This document shows positions 17,799 through 27,455 of a stretch of DNA of 36,379 nucleotides, piece by piece. The stretch is from an uncultured Actinomycetes bacterium. GTDB lineage: Bacteria; Actinomycetota; UBA4738; CALAEC01. Positions within the stretch are counted from its first letter, which is position 1. Every line of letters begins with the position of its first letter. The stretch covers positions 1-36,379 of the forward strand of contig CALAEC010000182.1 in the NCBI GenBank assembly GCA_937890785.1, written 5' to 3'. The notes beneath the pieces were generated by a model. That model saw only the letters and a list, made by a program, of their open reading frames with translations, did not search any database and had not been told where the DNA came from. A program made the translations under genes and the position numbers.

Positions 17799-20508
17799 CC
17801 CGCATCACCTCCCCGAGACGGGCGGCCCCGGCCCGGCGGGCGGCCAACCGGGCGCCCCCGATGGCCACGGCAGCCAGCACGAGCGCCAGCGCCAGCAGCG
17901 CCAGCAGCGGCAGGTCGACCGCGGGGCGGGGCGGGATGGCCCCGAGGGGGTCCAGCCGGGGCACCATCAGCAGCGAAGCGGCCAGAGCCAGACCGACGCC
18001 CAGGGCGGCCGCCACCGAAAGCATCGCCCCGAGCTCCAGCGCCAACGAGCGCACCTGGCCGCCAGGATCGAGCCCCATCCGCAGCGACAGCCCGTAGCCG
18101 ACGACCTGCGATCGCTGCCGGGCCTGGAGGTACACGAGGAGTGCGGTCAGCACCAGGACCAGCGTCCCCAGCCCGAGGGCGTTCAGGACCAGGAACGTGT
18201 CGATCACGGTGGCGATGTAGGGGATGTCCTCCACCTCCGCTGCGGTGGTGACCTGGAAGGGCGGCACCCGGAGGCGGGAGAGCTCAGCGAGAGCCTCGGC
18301 ACGGCCGGCCCGGAGCCACAGCTCGTTCGTCGCGTTCGAAGCGCCGAGCAGGGCCCCCGACCCCTCGACCGCGCCCAGGAGGGCCTCGGTATCGGCCACC
18401 AGCAGGGGCCGTCTGGACAGCATGCCCGGGAAGGCTTCGGTCTCACCGACCACGCGGACCGGCAGACGGGTGGTCCCCAGCTCGATCGCGGCGATGTCGG
18501 GCACGCCGGGCCCGGCCACCACGACGGCCAGCTCCTCGGTCGAGGGTTGGTGTAGCGCCGCGACCACGTCCTCGAGATCCGCGTCCGCGTACGCGTCGTT
18601 CCAGTACGCGGCCCGCGCCAGCGTCCCCGGGTCGACCGCCAGGAGGTCGAAGGTCCGTCCCGACGGCAGCAGCGTTCCGGCGCGGGGACGGCGGGTCACC
18701 CTGGTCATGGGAACCCCGGCGTCCGGGGGCACCTCGGTGTCCTCAGAGACCCAGGCCGAGACCTCGCTCCCGACGAACGTCCGGGCCTTCGCCTCAACGG
18801 CCCCGTCCAGGGAGCGAACCACGGTCTGCGCCTGCACGAACACGCCGATGCACAGGGCCGACGCCGCCACCAGGAGGATCGGCAGATCCGGGGCGCCGGC
18901 GAGACGCTGCACCGCCAGGTACCCGGGTGGCGCGAGCCGGCCGCTCCGGTCGCGCAACGATCTGGAGGCGTCCCGGAACAGCCGCGCGCCGAGCAATCCC
19001 ACGCCGGCGATGAGCGCTACCGGGAAGAGCAGGAGGATCAGGCTCGGCCGCGCGCCGGCATCGTCGGGCACCAGCGTGCCGCCGGTCCAGAGCTTCCCGA
19101 CCGCATACACCGCCAGCGCCAGGAGCGGGATCTCCCACGGAGCTCGAACGAGCACCAGGAGCCTCGATCGGTGCTGCCCGACGTGACCGAGGAGGGATCC
19201 TCCCGAGACCAGCGCCACGACGGCCACCGAGAGCCCCACTGCCAGCGCGCCGCCACGCGCGGCGGTGGCCACGGACGACGCCGCCAGGGGCACGTCGGGA
19301 GCGACGAGCCGCACCAGCACCCACGCCGCGCCGAGGCCGACGGCCGCCCCGCCGACGGCCGGCAGCGCCGACTCCAGCGCCCCCAGGGACGCCCCGTGCA
19401 GCGGCCTGGCCCCGTGGGCGAACCGGAGGCGCCATTCGGTCCGACGGCCGGCCAGGCCGAACACGGCCGCCCCCGCCACCACCGTCACCCCCACGACCAG
19501 GGCCGCCGCCCGGAGAAGCCGCCCAGGCGCCTCGACCGCTCGGATCCGTTCCTCGACCTGCCGGACGACTCGCCCGATCGAGGAGGCAACGGTGATCCCG
19601 GAACCGGACGGCAGTCCCGAGCAGCATCGCATCACACGGCCGGTCGGGGTGGCGGGATCGGTCATCTGCTGCCGCACCTCGCCGGCGAAGCCCCGGAGCT
19701 CGCGGGCATCATCGAGGCTCAGGCTGGCCCCTGGCGCCAGCGGCGCGTGCCACAGGAACACGGCCGTGCCGGCGCCGAACTCGGCCGAGAGCCGCAGCAC
19801 CGTAGCCCGGTCGAGGATCACGAACTGCGGTGGGGGCTCGCAGTCCTGACACGCGGGATAGATGACGTTGGCCCACCGAAGCCAGTAGCCGCTGCGCGGC
19901 CGCGAGTAGAGCGCTTCGTACACGCCGTCGACCCGCATGGTGGCGGACCCGCTGGATCCTTCCAAGGTGATCCGGTCCCCGGGCTCCACCCCGATGGCGT
20001 CGGCGATCAGATCGGGGACCAGGGCCCCCGGGGCGCCCCGGACGATCCTGACGTGTTCTGCGGCCTCGGTTCCGGCGAACAGGATCCCCGTGCGGAAGAC
20101 CTCCGGGCTCTCGACCGGCGAGACCGTGGCTCGGGGACCCATGACGGTGGCGACGGTCGGCCCGAGGCGTGGGTCAGCCGAGGTCAGGCGAGAGAAAACC
20201 TCGGCCCGTCGCTCGTGCAGGGGACCGGCCGGACCGGTGCCTGGAGGCGCCGACCGGCCCAGCGGGAGGGCGCCGTCCCGGTACGACACCCCGGCGCCGA
20301 ACCTCGTCACCAGCGGCTCGGCGATCTCGGCATGGACCAGCCGGCTCGCGGACGCCGACAGGAACAGCGGGTAGGCAGCCAGGGCCAGAGCGAGGAGAAG
20401 CGCCGCCACGGCCAGCGCCGCGAACGACGCCGGGTAGCGGAACAGGAGCAGCGGTGCCTTGCGGACGGCCGGGCTCAGGCCCCGCTCCCAGCGTGGTGGC
20501 GTCACCAC
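17788..20508 (-). CDS. Large FtsX/MacB-like ABC permease (about 900 aa, start uncertain)
   Basis: Two repeats of TM + extracytoplasmic domain + TM bundle. C-terminal LRMGL...LGEVMRVAE. Overlaps the ATPase start. Confidence 0.75.
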   Translation of the reverse strand: MVTPPRWERGLSPAVRKAPLLLFRYPASFAALAVAALLLALALAAYPLFLSASASRLVHAEIAEPLVTRFGAGVSYRDGALPLGRSAPPGTGPAGPLHERRAEVFSRLTSADPRLGPTVATVMGPRATVSPVESPEVFRTGILFAGTEAAEHVRIVRGAPGALVPDLIADAIGVEPGDRITLEGSSGSATMRVDGVYEALYSRPRSGYWLRWANVIYPACQDCEPPPQFVILDRATVLRLSAEFGAGTAVFLWHAPLAPGASLSLDDARELRGFAGEVRQQMTDPATPTGRVMRCCSGLPSGSGITVASSIGRVVRQVEERIRAVEAPGRLLRAAALVVGVTVVAGAAVFGLAGRRTEWRLRFAHGARPLHGASLGALESALPAVGGAAVGLGAAWVLVRLVAPDVPLAASSVATAARGGALAVGLSVAVVALVSGGSLLGHVGQHRSRLLVLVRAPWEIPLLALAVYAVGKLWTGGTLVPDDAGARPSLILLLFPVALIAGVGLLGARLFRDASRSLRDRSGRLAPPGYLAVQRLAGAPDLPILLVAASALCIGVFVQAQTVVRSLDGAVEAKARTFVGSEVSAWVSEDTEVPPDAGVPMTRVTRRPRAGTLLPSGRTFDLLAVDPGTLARAAYWNDAYADADLEDVVAALHQPSTEELAVVVAGPGVPDIAAIELGTTRLPVRVVGETEAFPGMLSRRPLLVADTEALLGAVEGSGALLGASNATNELWLRAGRAEALAELSRLRVPPFQVTTAAEVEDIPYIATVIDTFLVLNALGLGTLVLVLTALLVYLQARQRSQVVGYGLSLRMGLDPGGQVRSLALELGAMLSVAAALGVGLALAASLLMVPRLDPLGAIPPRPAVDLPLLALLALALVLAAVAIGGARLAARRAGAARLGEVMRVAE

Positions 20509-20611
20509 CCCGCCGGCCGCGCCGGGGTCTGGGGAGGTCGAGCGAGCATGATCTCTGGTGATACGCGCTCCGAGTCGGGAGTGGTTCGGGCCGGGTCGCC
20601 CGGACACGGGG

Positions 20612-20685
20612 AGCTGGCGGCGGGATTCGAACCCGCGACCTAGCGATTACAAATCGCTTGCGCTACCGGACTGCGCCACGCCAGC
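20612..20685 (-). tRNA. tRNA-Thr(UGU), CCA not encoded
   Basis: GCTGGCGTGGCGCAGTCCGGTAGCGCA-AGCGA-TTTGTAA-TCGCT-AGGTCGCGGGTTCGAATCCCGCCGCCAGCT forms a full cloverleaf. -10 TAGAAT at 20692-20697. Confidence 0.96.
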
Positions 20686-20694
20686 GAACCGATT

Positions 20695-21372
20695 CTACCG
20701 GGGGCTCAACGCTTCGAGCCGGGAGGGGCCCGTTCCGTTCCGACCCTCGCGGAGGTGCAGCTCCACCTTCCGCTTGATCCGCTGGATGGCGTTGTCGATC
20801 GATTTCACCGGCCGGTCCAGGTGTGCGGCGATCTCCTGGTACGACTTCCCCTCGACGTACATGTGCAGGACCTCGGCCTCGAAGTCCGACAGGATCTCGG
20901 CGAACGCCAGCTTCATGCTTCGAAGCTCCTCGTTGCCGATCACCAGGTCGGCGGGGTCGGGGGCCCGGGCGTTCGCCAGGACCTCGTGGAGCGTGCGGTC
21001 GGGGTCCTCGTCGTCGCCCACCGGCTGCGACAGCGATACGTACGTGTTGAGTGGGACGTGCTTCTGGCGCGTGGCCGTCTTGACCGCGGTGATGATCTGT
21101 CGGGTCACGCAGAGCTCGGCGAACGCCCGGAACGAGACCTCGTGCTCGGGGGCGAAGTCGCGGATGGCCTTGTACAGGCCGATCATCCCCTCCTGCACGA
21201 TGTCGTCGCGGTCGGCGCCGGCCAAGAAGTACGAACGACCCTTGATGCGGGCGAAGCTGCGGTACCGGGAGAGCAGCTCGTCGACGGCCTCCTCGTCTCC
21301 GGCCCGAAACAGCGCCACGAGGTCCTCGTCCGACTCGGCGGCGAGGTCTCGGATCAGCCCTCGTGTGGCCAC
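20695..21372 (-). CDS. sigH: Bacillus/Clostridium-type alternative sigma factor SigH
   Basis: YFLAGADRDDIVQEGMIGLYKAIRDF, SFRAFAELCVTRQIITAVKTATRQKHVPLNTYVSL, KSYQEIA and KSIDNAIQRIKRK. RBS AAGGAGGT. Confidence 0.92.
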   Translation of the reverse strand: MATRGLIRDLAAESDEDLVALFRAGDEEAVDELLSRYRSFARIKGRSYFLAGADRDDIVQEGMIGLYKAIRDFAPEHEVSFRAFAELCVTRQIITAVKTATRQKHVPLNTYVSLSQPVGDDEDPDRTLHEVLANARAPDPADLVIGNEELRSMKLAFAEILSDFEAEVLHMYVEGKSYQEIAAHLDRPVKSIDNAIQRIKRKVELHLREGRNGTGPSRLEALSPR

Positions 21373-21437
21373 GGTCGCGCAACCTCCTTCTCGGACGCCC
21401 TCTTTCGTCGCGGGCGAACGACGAGGTGCGCGCCTCG

Positions 21438-21467
21438 ATTATGCCCACGCGGCGGTGGCGCAGGCAA
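21438..21467 (-). promoter_or_regulatory. Candidate sigma70 promoter of sigH
   Basis: TTGCCT-N18-CATAAT. Confidence 0.5.
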
Positions 21468-21510
21468 GGATTGATCGTCGTTCGAAACGGGCGAATGCCG
21501 TGTTTCGGAC

Positions 21511-22266
21511 TCAGTGCTCCTGCCAGGAGGTGAGCGCGTAGAGGGCCACCCCGGCGGCCACGGCGACGTTGAGCGAGGCCACCGAGCCGGCCATCGGGAT
21601 CGACGCCAGCTCGTCGCAGGCCTCGCGGACCAGCCGGGACAGGCCCTCCCCCTCGGCGCCGAGGACCAGGGCCAGGGGCCCCGCCGGCGGTCGGGCCCGG
21701 CCCACCGATGTCTCCGCGGACTCGTCGAGGCCGATCGCCCAGAACCCGGCCTCCTTCAGCCTGGCCAGGGCCCGGGAGACGTTGGCCACCTCGGCCACCG
21801 GGAGGTGCAGGAGGGCCCCGGCCGAGGCGCGCATGGCGGCGGTGCTGAGGGCCGCTCCCCGCCGCCGCCGAACCACCAGGGCCTCGGCCCCGGCCGCCTC
21901 GGCCGTCCGTGCGATGGCGCCCAGGTTCCTCGGATCGGTGACGCCATCGAGGACCACGACCACGGCTCGCGGGCCCCAGGCGCGTCGGGCCAGGTCCGCC
22001 TCGCTGAGCGGTTGAGGCCCGCGGATGCGAGCGGCCACGCCCTGGTCCCGGGCCCCAGCGGCCAGGGCGGCCACCTCGGCGGCCGGGCCCCATCTCACCG
22101 CGACGCCGGCGTCGCGGGCGGCCTCCAGGAGCTCGCGCAGCGCCGGCGTGCGCCGCGAGCCGGTGGCAACCATCAGCTCGAGCGCCGCACCCGAGCGGAC
22201 CGCCTCGAGGGCCGGTCGGCGACCCACCACCACGGGGAGGTCCTGGACCGGGCGACCCCGCGTCAC
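21511..22266 (-). CDS. rlmB: 23S rRNA (G2251-2'-O)-methyltransferase, SPOUT family
   Basis: LDGVTDPRNLGAIARTA, ASAGA, VLGAEGEG and SLNVAVAA. GTGA overlap with ispF. Confidence 0.9.
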   Translation of the reverse strand: MTRGRPVQDLPVVVGRRPALEAVRSGAALELMVATGSRRTPALRELLEAARDAGVAVRWGPAAEVAALAAGARDQGVAARIRGPQPLSEADLARRAWGPRAVVVVLDGVTDPRNLGAIARTAEAAGAEALVVRRRRGAALSTAAMRASAGALLHLPVAEVANVSRALARLKEAGFWAIGLDESAETSVGRARPPAGPLALVLGAEGEGLSRLVREACDELASIPMAGSVASLNVAVAAGVALYALTSWQEH

Positions 22267-22730
22267 GTCACCACGGCGAGCGCCAGGCACCCGATCCCGT
22301 CGCCCGACAGGCCCAGTCCCTCTGGCCGGGTGGCCTTGACGCTCACCCGCTCGACGTCGATCTCCAGGGCGCGGGCCAGCGACATCCGGACCTCGTCGCG
22401 CCGAGGGGCGAGAGTGGGACGCTCGGCCAGCACCACGAGGTCGCACGACCGGGCGCTCAGACCAGACTGGCGGAGCAGGCCGAGGGTCCGCCTGAGCAGG
22501 TCGGGGCCGGCGATGCCGGCCACGGCCGGGTCCGTGTCGGGGAAGTGCTCGCCGATGTCGCCGAGCGCCGCGGCACCCAGGAGAGCGTCGGCCAGCGCGT
22601 GGCAGACCACGTCGCCGTCGGAGTGCCCGCCCAGCCCCGGGCCCTCGAAGGCGACCCCCCCGAGGACCAGTGGCCGTCCCGGGTCGGCCCGGTGGGCGTC
22701 GAAGCCGAGGCCGAACCTCGGCTCAGCCAC
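22263..22730 (-). CDS. ispF: 2-C-methyl-D-erythritol 2,4-cyclodiphosphate synthase
   Basis: GLGFDAH, GHSDGDV, DIGEHFPDTD and VSVKATRPEGLG. Confidence 0.95.
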   Translation of the reverse strand: MAEPRFGLGFDAHRADPGRPLVLGGVAFEGPGLGGHSDGDVVCHALADALLGAAALGDIGEHFPDTDPAVAGIAGPDLLRRTLGLLRQSGLSARSCDLVVLAERPTLAPRRDEVRMSLARALEIDVERVSVKATRPEGLGLSGDGIGCLALAVVT

Positions 22731-23394
22731 GGACCAGCGCCGAGGCCACCGGCAGGTCTTCGGGTCGGGTGATCTTGATGTTGGCTGGATCACCGGGGAC
22801 CACGGCGACCCGGAAGCCGGCCCGTTCGAGAAGGGCCGCGTCGTCCGTGCCGGCGAAGCCGTCGGCCTCGGCGGCTCGGTGTGCTTCGACCAGCGCGGCC
22901 CGTCGGAAGGCCTGCGGCGTCTGGACCGTCACCAGGCCGTCGCGGTGCAGGGTTTCCGCCACGAGCCCCTCCTCGACCCGCTTCACCGTGTCCGCCAACG
23001 GGACCGAGGGCACCGCCCCGTCCACCCCCGCCAGCCCCTCAAGCACCGCCTCGAACAGCGTCGGCGAGGCGATCGGCCGGGCCACGTCGTGACAGATCAC
23101 CACATCGAACGCCTCGGGCAGCGCGTCCAGGCCCCGACGAACCGAGTCCTGTCGCGTCCCGCCGCCGGCCACGACCTGCACCAGGCCCGGCCGGGGACCG
23201 ACGACGGTCCGGGCCCGCGCCTCCCATCCCTCCGGTGCCACCACCACGAACCCCTCGACGCGCGAGCATGATTCCGCCGCGGTGACGGCCCGCTCCAGCA
23301 GGGTGCGCCCCTTCAGGCTGGCGAACGCCTTGGGGTCCGGGCCCGAGAGCCGCTCGCCACGCCCGCCCCCGAGGAGGATGGCCCCGACCGCCAC
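22723..23394 (-). CDS. ispD: 2-C-methyl-D-erythritol 4-phosphate cytidylyltransferase
   Basis: GGRGERL...PKAF, GGGTRQDSV, HDVARP, VQTPQAF, TDDA and NIKITRPEDL. Confidence 0.95.
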   Translation of the reverse strand: MAVGAILLGGGRGERLSGPDPKAFASLKGRTLLERAVTAAESCSRVEGFVVVAPEGWEARARTVVGPRPGLVQVVAGGGTRQDSVRRGLDALPEAFDVVICHDVARPIASPTLFEAVLEGLAGVDGAVPSVPLADTVKRVEEGLVAETLHRDGLVTVQTPQAFRRAALVEAHRAAEADGFAGTDDAALLERAGFRVAVVPGDPANIKITRPEDLPVASALVRG

Positions 23395-23395
23395 G

Positions 23396-24451
23396 TCACT
23401 CCCCCAGACGGGCGAACACCATCCGCCCCGAGGTGGTCTGCAGGACGTTCGTCACCACGGCGTGGACGTCGGCGCCCACCAGATCGGCGCCCCGCTCCAC
23501 CACGACCATCGTCCCGTCCTCCAGGTAGCCCACGCCCTGGCCCGCCTCGGTGCCTTCCTTGGTGAGGTGGACCGTCAGCCCCTCGCCGGGAACCACCGGA
23601 GTGCGGAGCGCCTCGGCCAGCGCCGCGATCGAGCGCGTGGGGACGTCCAGGGCCTCGGCCACCTTCGCCAGATTCGTGTCGCCGGTCACGAGCGCGGCCC
23701 CTCGCTCCCGGGCCAGTCGCACCAGCGCCGTGTCGACATCGCCGGCATCCTCCACGCCGACCAGGACCACTTCCGCCGCCGGGTGCCGCTGGAGTCCGCG
23801 GAGGATGTCGAGGCCGCGCCGGCCCCGAGCCGCCCGGGTGGGGTCACCGGAGTCGGCGATGGTGCGCAGCTCGGACAGCACGCCCCGGTGCACCATCAGC
23901 GTGCCGCCGAGGAACCCCGCGTCGACGACTTCGCGGATCCGCCCATCGATGAGCGCACTGGTGTCGAGCACGTTGACCTCGCCGGCCCGCACTCCGAACG
24001 AGCGAGTCCTCAGCCCGAACAGGGCGAACAGCTCGTCGCGCTTGGTCCGGCCCGCCCGGTACCCGACGTATGCCAGCACCACCGACACGAGCGCGGCGGT
24101 GGGGTACGCCACGGTGAGCGGCAGGCGGAACGCCAGCAGGGAGACCAGCACGGCGATCAGGAGGCCGAGGATCAGCCCGATGACGCCGGCCAGGAGCTCC
24201 GACGCGGGCATCCGTTGGAACTCCTGCTCGAGGGCGGAGACCGCGACCTCGGCCCGGCGGCCGATCACACCGCCGACCACGTAGCCCACCAGGCTCCCCA
24301 GGACGACCGCCAGCAGGAGCGGTCCGCCTTCCAGATCCCCCGCCTCGGCCAGCTGCCACCCCCCTGCCGTGAACAACCCCACGAGCACGAAGCGAACGAT
24401 CTCGACGAAGGTGCGCTGGGGGGGTCGGGACGGCCCCGGCTCGATCTTCAC
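23396..24451 (-). CDS. Membrane PIN/TRAM domain protein (YacL-like)
   Basis: N-terminal TM helices, VLDTSALIDGRI, RGRRGLDIL and GQGVGYLEDGTMVVVE...QTTSGRMVFA. Confidence 0.92.
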   Translation of the reverse strand: MKIEPGPSRPPQRTFVEIVRFVLVGLFTAGGWQLAEAGDLEGGPLLLAVVLGSLVGYVVGGVIGRRAEVAVSALEQEFQRMPASELLAGVIGLILGLLIAVLVSLLAFRLPLTVAYPTAALVSVVLAYVGYRAGRTKRDELFALFGLRTRSFGVRAGEVNVLDTSALIDGRIREVVDAGFLGGTLMVHRGVLSELRTIADSGDPTRAARGRRGLDILRGLQRHPAAEVVLVGVEDAGDVDTALVRLARERGAALVTGDTNLAKVAEALDVPTRSIAALAEALRTPVVPGEGLTVHLTKEGTEAGQGVGYLEDGTMVVVERGADLVGADVHAVVTNVLQTTSGRMVFARLGE

Positions 24452-24494
24452 GGCCCCACCACGGTGCCCCGCCCCGCGGGCGAGTGCAAGGGTC

Positions 24495-25004
24495 TTAGAC
24501 GGTCGGCTGGAGAACGACCGAGTGAGCCTCCTCGAGCACCTTGTCGATCATGCTCTCGGCCTTCTCCTCGGTCGCGTCGACGGCGAAGACGAGCTCGGAG
24601 ACCAGGATCTGCCGGGCCTTGGCCAGCATCCGCTTCTCGCCGGCGGAGAGGCCCTTCTCGGCCTCCCGGATGGAGAGGTTCCGGACGACCTCGGCGACCT
24701 GGTAGACGTCGCCGGAACGGATCTTCTCGATGTTGGTCTTGTAGCGGCGGCTCCAGTTCGACGGCATCCGGGACTCGTCCTCGCGGAGCACGTCGAGGAC
24801 CTTCTTGACCTCCCGCTTGCTGACGACCTCGCGGAGCCCCACTTCTTCGGTGCTGTCAACCGGGACCATCAGCGTCAGATCGCCGTAGGCCAGCCTGAGG
24901 ACCAGGTACTTCTTCTTCTCCCCGAGGAACTCCCGTGTGGTGACGCTTTCGATGACCGCGGCCCCGTGATGCGGGTAGATGACCTTGTCGCCCTTTCGAA
25001 ACAC
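24495..25004 (-). CDS. carD: CarD family RNA polymerase-binding transcription factor
   Basis: GDKVIYPHHGA, NWSRRYK and GLSAGEKRML. Promoter TTGCGA-N18-TACAAT at 25077-25106. Confidence 0.96.
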   Translation of the reverse strand: MFRKGDKVIYPHHGAAVIESVTTREFLGEKKKYLVLRLAYGDLTLMVPVDSTEEVGLREVVSKREVKKVLDVLREDESRMPSNWSRRYKTNIEKIRSGDVYQVAEVVRNLSIREAEKGLSAGEKRMLAKARQILVSELVFAVDATEEKAESMIDKVLEEAHSVVLQPTV

Positions 25005-25135
25005 GGCACTCCTCTATGGTCGATGCTGGCGTCGATGCGTTCCCGCGGCACGTCTTGCGGGCCCTGGCGGGACCTCATTGTACCAGGGGACGCTCCCCCC
25101 TCGCAACTCAAAACCCCAGGTCACGGGGCACATTT

Positions 25136-26527
25136 TCACGCCGACCACCTCGGACGGGCCTCGGCCCCGACCGTCTCGTCCGCCTCGACCGAACCACCGG
25201 CCGCGGAGCCCCGTCGTCCCTTCCGGGCCCACGACAACACCTGCTCGAGGCGGCGGACGCGAACGACCCGAACGCCCGGCGGGGGGTCCGCGTCGCCGGA
25301 GCAGAACACCGTCTCGATCCTCGCGGCCGCGGCGGCCGCCAGCCGGAGCGCCAACCCCGCCGGCGGCCGAACGGCTCCCGTGAGGCTGACCTCGCCGGCA
25401 AACGCCGAGCGTGGGGGCGGGGGGACGCCCGTGGCCGACGAGGCCAGGGCGGCCGCCACGGCGAGGTCGGCTCCCGGATCGTCGATACGCAGCCCACCCG
25501 CGGCCGCGCCATACAGCTCTGATCGGGTCAGGCGGAGGCGGATGGCCCGATCGACCACGGCCGCCACCAGACCGAACCGGCGAGGGTCGAGGCCCGAGAC
25601 GTGTCGGCGGGGGTGGCCCTCGGTGTAGGCCGTCAGGCCCTGCACCTCCACCGCCAGGGCCCGCCTGCCCGCGGTCACCAGCGCGGTGGCGGCGCCGACC
25701 TCGCCGTCGCTCGGCGCCAGCACCCGGCCAGGATCGACCTCGCGAAGCCCCTCCGGATCCATCTCGAACCACGCCACCTCTCCCTCCGGCCCGAACCGGT
25801 TCTTGCCGCCGGCCAGCACCCGGAGGCCTGTGGCCCCGTCGGCGTCGAACGAGCACACCACGTCGACCGCGTGCTCGAGCGTCTTGGGGCCCGCGACGTC
25901 GCCGTCCTTCGTCACCTGGCCGATCAGCACCACCGTGACCCCCGTCGTCTTGGCCAGCCCGACCAGCGCGTCGGCGCACGCCCGTACCTGGGCCGGCCCG
26001 CCGGGGAGCGAAGGGAGCGCCGGGTCGCGGATCGCCTGGATCGAGTCGATCACCAGGATCGCCGGGCGTCCGGCCCTGGCGGCGTCCAGCACCGGCCCGA
26101 GCTCCCGGCCGGCCACGAAGGAGACCCGGTCGAAGGGAAGCTTCAACCGTCGAGCTCGGACGGAAACCTGCGCTCGGGACTCCTCGCCCGAGGCCACCAG
26201 GCACGGGCCCTCGACGCCGGCGACGTGGCCGACGATCTGGAGGACCAGGGTGGACTTCCCGATCCCGGGCTCGCCGGCGATCAGCGTGACCGATCCGCGG
26301 ACCAGGCCCCCGCCGAAGAGCCGATCAACGCCATCGATACCGGTGGCGATGCGCGGCTGCGGCTCCTCGTCACCGAGCCCGAGCGGCTCGACCCGTGCCG
26401 CGCCGGTCGCCGGGGGGCCGTGATCCCCGATCGTGCCCCACTCACCACAGCCGGGGCATCGACCCATCCACTGAGAGACCTGCTGGCCGCACCCCGAGCA
26501 CGAGAGAATCTGCCGGGTCTTCGCCAC
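25136..26527 (-). CDS. radA: DNA repair protein RadA/Sms
   Basis: CxxC...WMGRCPGCGEW zinc finger, GEPGIGKST, IDSIQ, AGPKTLEHAVD and KNRFG. Confidence 0.95.
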   Translation of the reverse strand: MAKTRQILSCSGCGQQVSQWMGRCPGCGEWGTIGDHGPPATGAARVEPLGLGDEEPQPRIATGIDGVDRLFGGGLVRGSVTLIAGEPGIGKSTLVLQIVGHVAGVEGPCLVASGEESRAQVSVRARRLKLPFDRVSFVAGRELGPVLDAARAGRPAILVIDSIQAIRDPALPSLPGGPAQVRACADALVGLAKTTGVTVVLIGQVTKDGDVAGPKTLEHAVDVVCSFDADGATGLRVLAGGKNRFGPEGEVAWFEMDPEGLREVDPGRVLAPSDGEVGAATALVTAGRRALAVEVQGLTAYTEGHPRRHVSGLDPRRFGLVAAVVDRAIRLRLTRSELYGAAAGGLRIDDPGADLAVAAALASSATGVPPPPRSAFAGEVSLTGAVRPPAGLALRLAAAAAARIETVFCSGDADPPPGVRVVRVRRLEQVLSWARKGRRGSAAGGSVEADETVGAEARPRWSA

Positions 26528-26569
26528 GGCCCCGACGCTACCAGGGGGGTCTGACACACCCCCGGTGAG

Positions 26570-26767
26570 CTATCGGGGGAGGGCGTCGAGCAGTCGCCGA
26601 GACGCGGACGCGACCTCGTCGACGGCGGCGTCGAAGGCCTCGGCGTTGCGTCGGGACGGCTCGCGGAAGCCGCTGACCTTCCGGACGAACTGGAGCGCCG
26701 CCTCACGGACCTCGTCCTCGGTGACGGGGCCGTCGGGGCCGCGCAGTCGCTTGATGCTTCGGCACAT
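26570..26767 (-). CDS. DUF2277 family protein
   Basis: MCRSIKRLR...EVREAALQFVRKVSGFREPS. Confidence 0.88.
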   Translation of the reverse strand: MCRSIKRLRGPDGPVTEDEVREAALQFVRKVSGFREPSRRNAEAFDAAVDEVASASRRLLDALPR

Positions 26768-26789
26768 GCCTTCGAGGATACCGCCGGAG

Positions 26790-27455
26790 CTAGGCCTTGC
26801 CGGCCTCGATCGCGTCGACCCGGGCCGCTCCCTCCTCGCCGCACAGCCCGGCGAGGCGGATGCCCCCCGCCTCCAACCGCTCCCGCACCCGACGCCGGAC
26901 CTCGCCGAGCCGACGCTGCAGCGCGCGACCGGGACACGCGGTGTCGGCGTACTCGAGGTGGCCGCGGATCGTCCGAACGCCGACGTCGTACCGGTCCACG
27001 CCCCAGGCCAGCACGTCGACCAGCGCTTGGACCTGCGCCGACGACGGCCGCTGTTCCTGGAAGTTGCCTTCGCACATCACCAAGAGATGGCCGCGCGGGT
27101 CGTAGTTCGTCGAGGTGTCCCCCACCGCCCACCGAGGGCGACCCTCGTACACGTTGCCGTTCCGGTCGATCAGGAGGTGGTAGGCGATGTCCGGCCACCC
27201 GCGGTCCTGGTGGGCGGCCTGGTGTGAACGGAGCCGCGACGGCGCAAGGCGGTTGTCCCGGAGAGCCACTGCGCTGTGGTGCACCGTGATGCGGCGGATC
27301 CGGTGCCGCTCGAAGTCGCCGGTCGGGTTCCGTGCGCCCCAGGCTTGGCGGCAGATCAGCTCGACGGTCCTCTGCGCGCCTGCCGATGCGCGCAGGGGCA
27401 GGACCGCGCTTCCGAGCGTCCCCACCAGCCATCGGAGGAACGACCGCCGGTTCAG
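26790..27455 (-). CDS. N-acetylmuramoyl-L-alanine amidase (PGRP/Amidase_2) with probable Tat signal and CUG start
   Basis: ITVHHSA, GWPDIAYHLLIDRNGNVYEGR, GNF and GH...TACPG. The in-frame extension upstream of GTG 27425 gives (M)NRRSFLRWLVGTLGSAVLPLRASA. Confidence 0.8.
   Translation of the reverse strand: MNRRSFLRWLVGTLGSAVLPLRASAGAQRTVELICRQAWGARNPTGDFERHRIRRITVHHSAVALRDNRLAPSRLRSHQAAHQDRGWPDIAYHLLIDRNGNVYEGRPRWAVGDTSTNYDPRGHLLVMCEGNFQEQRPSSAQVQALVDVLAWGVDRYDVGVRTIRGHLEYADTACPGRALQRRLGEVRRRVRERLEAGGIRLAGLCGEEGAARVDAIEAGKA

Noticed and set aside
20580-20690. tRNA-Thr as an integration site of a genomic island
   Set aside because: No integrase, no duplicated tRNA 3' end and no evident compositional shift in the window.
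25107-25125. AAAACCCCAGGTCAC motif upstream of the carD promoter
   Set aside because: It resembles a recurring actinobacterial intergenic motif, but there is a single copy here and I cannot assign a function from the sequence.
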